Source: an uncultured Gemmatimonadales bacterium
GTDB lineage: Bacteria; Gemmatimonadota; Gemmatimonadetes; Longimicrobiales; Longimicrobiaceae
NCBI GenBank assembly: GCA_963716255.1
Contig: OY970303.1
Span: forward strand, 4,768,001 to 4,832,000
DNA length: 64,000 nucleotides
Direction of reading: 5' to 3'
Positions 57,153-64,000 of the stretch are shown here, piece after piece; positions within the stretch are counted from its first letter, which is position 1, and the number at the start of each line of letters is the position of its first letter. The translations under genes and the position numbers were made by a program. The notes under the pieces were generated by a model. That model was given only the letters and a program-made list of their open reading frames with translations, ran no database searches and had not been told where the DNA came from.

Positions 57153-59005
57153 ACAGGACGCCGCACCCGACGGCAGATCTCCTCGTCGGGCGTCGGGAGC
57201 TGGACGACGTTCCTGGCTACGAGCCGCTCACAGACGTGACGTGGCACGAGAGCGCGAGACAATGGGTGCTCCATTTCCGGCTCCACGTACCCATACCTGC
57301 GGTGGAGGTACAGGACGAGACCGTACCGGAGGCTACTGACTGGTATGCCTTGATCGCTCCGGAGTACCCGGCCGGAGCGATCAAAGTCTATCCGGCTGCA
57401 GTGGGCGGCCTCCAGCAGACGTATCCGCACCAGGCCGCCAACCGGTCGCCACGGCCGGGCGAGCCGTGGCGCCAGGGCGACGTATGCGTGGCCACCCCTG
57501 CGCGCGGGTTCGGCCGGTTCGTTCTGGACGTAGAGCTGCATGATGCGCCGGCGCGCCTCTGGTGGCACATCGCCCGGACCCGCTCCTGGGTCGAGGCTGC
57601 CCGGCGTGGCGAGTTGCTCCGTGAGGGCGAGCCATTCGAACTCCCTGTTTACGCCTCCGCTACCCGCCCGCTCGTCGTCTTCGACGAGATCGCGACTAGT
57701 CTGGCAGCCTGGCAGGACATAGACGAGCGGTTCGGCTACGCCACCCTAGCCGAACCCAAGGCAAACGCACGTCTGCGTGTCGTCCGCTGCTTCTCTTCGC
57801 CAGGCCGGGCCGGACAGGAGATTCTGACGGCGCAATGGGGAGCCCATTTCGCGGATTCCGCCAATGCTGGAGTGCCGCAGCGGGCGGCATGGGTGCGCTG
57901 CAATGAGCTTCCAACCCTGCCGCCGTGGCGTGCTCCGGAGAACTGGGGCGAGCTCATCACTGCCCTGGCTGCCCAAGGCGTCGAGCTAATGGCGGTACTG
58001 CAGCAGCTGGCCCCGGGCCTTCGGGACAAGGCCGCTCACCTCCTCCTGATCGGTGCCCCTGTGCCGGTCCGTGTGGGCGGGATGCCGGCACTAATGCACT
58101 GGCTCGCTCTGCGCTTGCCGGCACTTTCCCCGCTCAGCCAACCGCAGAAGGGGTTCCGCCCAGGCGAGGAGGGTGCCTGGCGCCGGGACGCGGCGGACGT
58201 GCTTTCGCCCACACGCTCGATTTCATGGGTTCCCACCGGGAACTGGGGACCGGAGGAGATCGCTACCCGCGGGCGCGCTGCGCCGTCCCTGCGGGACGCG
58301 CGCATCGTGCTGATCGGCGCCGGTGCCCTCGGTTCGATGATCGCCGAGCTACTGGTGCGGGAGGGAGTCACCGCGGTGACCGTGTTGGACGGCGATACTC
58401 TACAAGCAGGGAACCTCGTTCGGCACACGCTTACAGTCGCGGAGGTCGGTGCTCCCAAGGCGACTACGCTGGCGCAGCGCCTGAACCTAGTGAATCCTCA
58501 CGCACAGGTGGTTGGGATCGAAGAGGAGTTCCCAGGCGAGGCCCGGGGCCAGGCCGCCCTCGCTGAAGCGGACATCGTAATCGACTCCACAGGGAGCGAC
58601 GCGCTGCTTCAGCAGCTGCACGTGCACGAGTGGAGCGGTGACAAGCTCTTCGTCAGCGTCTCGATCGGCTTCTTCGCGCGCCGCCTCTTCTTCTTCGCCG
58701 CCCGCGGTGCCAGTTTTCCGCTGGAGGAGCTGGCTGCAGTCGTCAACCCTTGGCTCCTGTACGAGCGCGAAGAGTTCGGAGACTCCGAGATGCCGTGGGA
58801 GGGAACCGGTTGCTGGCACCCGGTTTTTCCCGCCCGCGCCAGCGACTTCGCAATGCTCGGTGGTGTGACGCTGCGCCAGTTGGAGGCGGCCGTCGCGCTG
58901 CCCGAAAGCGAGTATACGTTCCACGTGACCGAGCGCGTGGAGGACGGCTCGGGCGCGATCCAACTGCTACGCGCCTCGCTCCCCGACCGGAAGACCAATG
59001 TCTGA
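57149..59005 (+). CDS. cap2: CBASS Cap2, E2-E1 (ThiF) ubiquitin-transferase-like protein
   Basis: ATG 57149 overlaps the cyclase stop. E2-like YPAGAIKVYP..YPHQ..GDVC; E1 LIGAGALGS, DGDTLQAGNLVRH, IDSTG, GTGCWHPVFPA. Confidence 0.88.
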   Translation: MNRTPHPTADLLVGRRELDDVPGYEPLTDVTWHESARQWVLHFRLHVPIPAVEVQDETVPEATDWYALIAPEYPAGAIKVYPAAVGGLQQTYPHQAANRSPRPGEPWRQGDVCVATPARGFGRFVLDVELHDAPARLWWHIARTRSWVEAARRGELLREGEPFELPVYASATRPLVVFDEIATSLAAWQDIDERFGYATLAEPKANARLRVVRCFSSPGRAGQEILTAQWGAHFADSANAGVPQRAAWVRCNELPTLPPWRAPENWGELITALAAQGVELMAVLQQLAPGLRDKAAHLLLIGAPVPVRVGGMPALMHWLALRLPALSPLSQPQKGFRPGEEGAWRRDAADVLSPTRSISWVPTGNWGPEEIATRGRAAPSLRDARIVLIGAGALGSMIAELLVREGVTAVTVLDGDTLQAGNLVRHTLTVAEVGAPKATTLAQRLNLVNPHAQVVGIEEEFPGEARGQAALAEADIVIDSTGSDALLQQLHVHEWSGDKLFVSVSIGFFARRLFFFAARGASFPLEELAAVVNPWLLYEREEFGDSEMPWEGTGCWHPVFPARASDFAMLGGVTLRQLEAAVALPESEYTFHVTERVEDGSGAIQLLRASLPDRKTNV

Positions 59006-59483
59006 GATCCGACTCGTTTCCCGGGATGGCCGCTTCCGGCTGCGCATTGATGCGCACCATGTGGAGCGGATCCTGGGCTTCTGCGCGGCCGCAGGTGCCG
59101 AGGAGACCGGTGGAGTGCTGATCGGTCGCTACAACGCGCGCCACGACACGGCACTCGTTACCGATGTTCCGCCGCCGCCGGCTGATTCCACCCGGGGGCG
59201 TACCTGGTTTCACCGTGGCACTCAGGGGCTGCAAACGATGCTGGGGCGCGCTTGGGGGCTTCGGAGGGAGCACTACTTGGGCGACTGGCACTTTCACCCA
59301 TTCGCGGCGCCCACGCCCAGCCAAGACGACTACAATCAGATGCTCCGCATCGCTTCCTCGCAGAGCTGGAAGTGTCCGGAGCCCATCCTGCTCATCATCG
59401 GCGGTGATCCACGGGCTGCGTGGCGGGCTTACGGCTTGGTCACTACCCGCACCGGAAATCGAATTCAGCTCAGCCAGAGGTAG
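58998..59483 (+). CDS. cap3: CBASS Cap3, JAB/MPN peptidase
   Basis: ETGGVLIG and YLGDWHFHP..PSQDD (JAMM motif). Confidence 0.9.
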   Translation: MSEIRLVSRDGRFRLRIDAHHVERILGFCAAAGAEETGGVLIGRYNARHDTALVTDVPPPPADSTRGRTWFHRGTQGLQTMLGRAWGLRREHYLGDWHFHPFAAPTPSQDDYNQMLRIASSQSWKCPEPILLIIGGDPRAAWRAYGLVTTRTGNRIQLSQR

Positions 59484-59653
59484 AACAGATCAACGATGAC
59501 GACCCGACGTCTGGAAGCCTGGTGGCAACGCAATGCCTCACGAAGCTTTGTTCTGCGCGTCGGAGCCTGCGATTGATAACAGTCCACAGCGGTAGGTTGG
59601 CTGGGAATGTAGTGCCGCTATATCCCTACTCCTGTTCCAATGCGATCCCGAGT

Positions 59654-59696
59654 ACGAGAGGCCCCCAGGAGGACGAACCTCCCGGGGGCCTCTCGT
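59654..59696. terminator. Strong hairpin, probable (bidirectional) terminator between convergent cap3 and pilC
   Basis: ACGAGAGGCCCCCAGGAGG-acgaa-CCTCCCGGGGGCCTCTCGT: 19-bp stem with one mismatch; U-tract is weak. Confidence 0.65.
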
Positions 59697-59806
59697 TAGC
59701 TCTGATCTCGCTCCTTTCCCGCAGACTTGCTCACGCGAGATCGTTGCAGCTCCACGAGCATTGGGTGTTTACCTGCAAATCACGTTTTTTGCTTGCTGTA
59801 CCGAAG

Positions 59807-59873
59807 GACATTTTGCATGTCGCACGCGACAGTTCGCATGTCGCGAAAACGACATTTTGCATGTCGCCCAACA
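59807..59873 (-). mobile_element. Tn7-like transposon end with three putative TnsB-binding sites
   Basis: Repeats GACATTTTGCATGTCGC (59807-59823), GACAGTTCGCATGTCGC (59828-59844) and GACATTTTGCATGTCGC (59851-59867), then CCAACA. The minus strand begins TGTTGGGCGACA, similar to the Tn7 terminus TGTGGGCGGACA. Confidence 0.8.
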
Positions 59874-59878
59874 AAAGC

Positions 59879-61081
59879 CTACTTCCCGACCGCGTTGATC
59901 ATGTCGAACATGGGCATGTACATGGCCACCACCATGCCGCCGATCACCACGCCCATGACCACGATCATGATGGGCTCCAGCACCGAGGTGAGCGCCGACA
60001 CCGCCGCGTCCACCTCGTCGTCGTAGAAGTCGGCGATCTTGGAGAGCATCTCGTCCAGCCCGCCCGTCTGCTCGCCCACGTTGATCATCTGCACCACCAT
60101 GGGCGGGAACACCCCTGAGGTCTTGAGCGGCTCCGCGATGGTGGCCCCCTGCGCGATGGAAGCCCGCGACGCCATGACCGCGTCGTGGATGACCCGGTTG
60201 CCCGAGGTGCGCGCCGTGATCTGGAGGCCTTCCAGGATCGACACGCCCGACGACACCAGCGTCCCCAGCGTCCGCGTGAAGCGCGACACCGCCGACTTGC
60301 GCAGCATCACCCCCAGCACCGGCATCTTCAGCATCGCCCGGTCGATGACCAGCTGCCCGCCCTCCGTCTTGTAGTAGCGGCGCAGCAGAAACGCCGCCAC
60401 GATGATCGCCACGATGATGAGCAGGATGTAGCTCTGGAGGAACGCGCTCACCGCCAGCACCACCCGCGTGGGCATGGGCAGCGCCAGGCCCGCGTCCAGG
60501 AAGATGCCCGCGAACACCGGCACCACCTTCCACAGCAGGATGGTGGTGGCCGCCACCACCACGAAGAGCATCACCGCGGGGTACGTCATGGCGCCCTTGA
60601 TCTTGCGGACCAGGGCGTCGTTCTTCTCCAGGAAGGTCGCCAGGCGCAGCAGGATCACGTCCAGGATGCCGCCCGCCTCGCCGGCCGCCACCATGTTGAC
60701 GTACAGCTCGGTGAACACCTGGGGGTGCTTCTTCATGGAGTCGGCCAGCGTCTGCCCCGACTCGATGTCGTGCAGCACCTCGCTGATCATCTTGCCGAAG
60801 CGCTTGTTCTCCGTCTGCTCCGCGAGGATGGAAAGGCTCTGCACCAGCGGCAGCCCCGAGTTGATCATCGTGGCGAACTGCCGCGTGAAGATCACCACCT
60901 CTCGCGTCTTGACTCCCGAGCCGAAGGTGATGTTGATGTCCTTGGCCTTGGGGCGGACGGCGACCGGGATCAGCCGCTGCCGGCGCAGGAAGCCGATGAC
61001 CTCGTCCTGCGTGGGGAGGTCGATCTCCCCCGCCTGGATGTCGCCCGCCAGGGTGCGGGCGCTGTAGCTGAAGACGGGCAT
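59879..61081 (-). CDS. pilC: Type IV pilus inner-membrane platform protein PilC (GspF family)
   Basis: FTRQFATMINSGLPL, MVAAGEAGGILD, AMTYP, VGEQTGGLDEML, AMYMPMF; follows pilB-pilT. Confidence 0.95.
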   Translation of the reverse strand: MPVFSYSARTLAGDIQAGEIDLPTQDEVIGFLRRQRLIPVAVRPKAKDINITFGSGVKTREVVIFTRQFATMINSGLPLVQSLSILAEQTENKRFGKMISEVLHDIESGQTLADSMKKHPQVFTELYVNMVAAGEAGGILDVILLRLATFLEKNDALVRKIKGAMTYPAVMLFVVVAATTILLWKVVPVFAGIFLDAGLALPMPTRVVLAVSAFLQSYILLIIVAIIVAAFLLRRYYKTEGGQLVIDRAMLKMPVLGVMLRKSAVSRFTRTLGTLVSSGVSILEGLQITARTSGNRVIHDAVMASRASIAQGATIAEPLKTSGVFPPMVVQMINVGEQTGGLDEMLSKIADFYDDEVDAAVSALTSVLEPIMIVVMGVVIGGMVVAMYMPMFDMINAVGK

Positions 61082-61194
61082 AGGGACTACAGGGAACAGG
61101 GAACAGGAATAGGGAACAGCCGGCAGCTAGGAGCAGGGAACCGAGCCGTCCCGTCGAACCCTCGCACTCACGGACTTTCGCACTCACGCACTTC
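61082..61194. repeat. Intergenic short tandem repeats: AGGGAAC-type heptamers and CGCACTCA/CGCACTTT-type octamers
   Basis: agggactacagggaacagggaacaggaatagggaacag (61082-61119) and cgcactcacggactttcgcactcacgcact (61163-61192). Confidence 0.7.
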
Positions 61195-61197
61195 GGT

Positions 61198-62274
61198 TCA
61201 GACCGGAATCGGCTCGCCCACCATCCTGAGGAACTCCGCCTGGTCGGAGGAGTGCTTCAGGCACTCCTCCAGCGACACCTCGCGCTGCATGTAGAGCTGG
61301 TAGAGGGCGTCGTTCAGCGTCTGCATCCCGTGCTTCTTTCCGGCCTGCATGATGGAGTAGATCTGGTGCACTTTGTCGTCGCGGATGCAGGAGCGGATCG
61401 CCGGCGTGCACACCATGATCTCGGCCGCCATGCTCCGGCCGCGGCCGCGCGCCTTGGGGAGGAGCTGCTGCGTCAGCACCCCCTCCAGCACGAAGGCGAG
61501 CTGGGCGCGCACCTGCGGCTGCTGGTGCGACGGAAACACGTCGATGACGCGGTTGATGGTTTCCGCGCACGAGTTTGTGTGCAGCGTCGCGAGGCACAGG
61601 TGGCCCGTCTCCGCGATGGTGAGCGCCGCCTGGATGGTCTCCAGGTCGCGGAGCTCGCCCACCAGGATCACGTCCGGGTCCTGCCGCAGCGCGTACTTGA
61701 GCGCCCGCGAGAAGCTCTGCGTGTCCGCCCCCACCTCCCGCTGGTTCACCATGCACCCCTGGTGGCGGTGGATGAACTCGATGGGGTCCTCGATGGTGAG
61801 GATGTGCCCGCGCCGCTCCTTGTTGATCTTGTCGATCATGGCGGCCAGCGTGGTGCTCTTCCCCGAGCCGGTGGGCCCCGTCACCAGCACCAGCCCGCGC
61901 GGCTTCTCCGCGAGCTTCTGCACCACCGGCGGCAGCTTCAGGTCGTCGAAGGTGAGGATCTTGAAGGGAATCTGCCGGATGGCCAGGGCCACGCAGCCGC
62001 GCTGCCGGTACACGTTGCCGCGGAAGCGCGCCAGGTTCTGGATCCCGAAGGAGAAGTCCAGCTCGTCCTCGGTCTCGAACCGCTTCTTCTGGTTCTCGGT
62101 GAGGATGGAGTAGGTGAGCTGGAGGGTGTCCTTGGGGGTGAGGATGTAGTCCCCGGAGCTGTCGGTGATCGCCCCGTCGATGCGGAGCTTGGGGCGCTCG
62201 CCCGCGGTGATGTGCAGGTCGGAGGCGCCCCGCTCGATCATCTCTTCCAGGAGGGCGCGGAGATTCAGGCTCAT
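61198..62274 (-). CDS. pilT: Type IV pilus retraction ATPase PilT
   Basis: Start MSLNLRALL at 62274; ASDLH, GPTGSGKSTT, TIEDPIE, ALRQDPDVILVGE, AETGHL, TLHT, GMQT. Confidence 0.95.
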   Translation of the reverse strand: MSLNLRALLEEMIERGASDLHITAGERPKLRIDGAITDSSGDYILTPKDTLQLTYSILTENQKKRFETEDELDFSFGIQNLARFRGNVYRQRGCVALAIRQIPFKILTFDDLKLPPVVQKLAEKPRGLVLVTGPTGSGKSTTLAAMIDKINKERRGHILTIEDPIEFIHRHQGCMVNQREVGADTQSFSRALKYALRQDPDVILVGELRDLETIQAALTIAETGHLCLATLHTNSCAETINRVIDVFPSHQQPQVRAQLAFVLEGVLTQQLLPKARGRGRSMAAEIMVCTPAIRSCIRDDKVHQIYSIMQAGKKHGMQTLNDALYQLYMQREVSLEECLKHSSDQAEFLRMVGEPIPV

Positions 62275-62445
62275 GGCGTGGGGCTGCGGGTTGCTGCGGA
62301 AGTTTCGGGCCGGCCGCCGGGGCGGTCGAGGCAGGATGCAACGAGCCTTGCGGCTTGCAAGGGCCCCGCTCCGGGAAAGGCCGGTGATCGCTGGGGTTTT
62401 CGGCGTTCGGGGGGAGTGAAGACCAAGTTCCGTGCCGGAGCGGGG

Positions 62446-62590
62446 AAGTGCGAAAGTGCGGGAGAACGGGAGTGCGGAACGGCCGGGGAGGCCCGAAAAC
62501 TCTGCCGCTCCGGGAAGATCGTTCGGGTCGGCGGAGGGGGCGGAAAAAGGAAGTGCGAGAGGCCGAGTGGGGCACTCTCGCACTTTCGCA
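62446..62590. repeat. Intergenic AGTGCG(AA/GG) octamer-type repeats, including an inverted pair
   Basis: aagtgcgaaagtgcgggagaacgggagtgcgg (62446 onward) and aagtgcgaga...tctcgcactt (62551-62585) hairpin; same motif family as 61163-61192. Confidence 0.6.
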
Positions 62591-62632
62591 GCGGGGCGGC
62601 GGCCGGGCGGGGCCGCACTGTCGCGCCTCCGT

Positions 62633-64000
<1,368 letters not shown>

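Noticed and set aside
59807..59867. CRISPR array or CAST-associated mini-array
   Set aside because: Repeats are 17 bp with only 4-6 bp between them, and no cas genes are present; this fits a transposon end better.

Overview
High-GC window whose gene content and intergenic repeat style resemble Gemmatimonadota such as Longimicrobium (inference). The right end (59879-64000) is core chromosome: the type IV pilus genes pilB-pilT-pilC. Exactly 5 bp downstream of the pilC stop codon is a Tn7-like transposon end (minus strand TGTTGGGCGACA, with three 17-bp putative TnsB-binding repeats), and everything to its left looks like accessory cargo. From right to left: (1) a complete type II CBASS operon (Cap4-SAVED, CD-NTase, Cap2, Cap3); (2) a sigma-like gene, a hypothetical gene and an IrrE-peptidase-UvrD fusion; (3) YjzC-like, YdjM-like and restriction-fold genes; (4) a tnsB-tnsC-like pair followed not by a recognisable tniQ but by a 927-aa protein of tandem winged-helix-like repeats; (5) two apparently identical IS630 copies; (6) a four-gene operon of ClpB-like AAA+, radical SAM, pseudokinase-DUF4011-helicase and helical protein; (7) an unusual NRPS-PKS cluster with an A-less Cy-Ox-T module, an acyl-ACP-reductase-like terminal domain, a beta-hydroxylase, an ATP-grasp enzyme and a histidine ammonia-lyase; (8) an LRR-Roc-COR-TIR protein running off the left edge. 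The best candidate for an undescribed system is a pilC-targeting Tn7-like transposon with a non-TniQ winged-helix-array target selector. All domain calls come from motifs read by eye; no searches were run.
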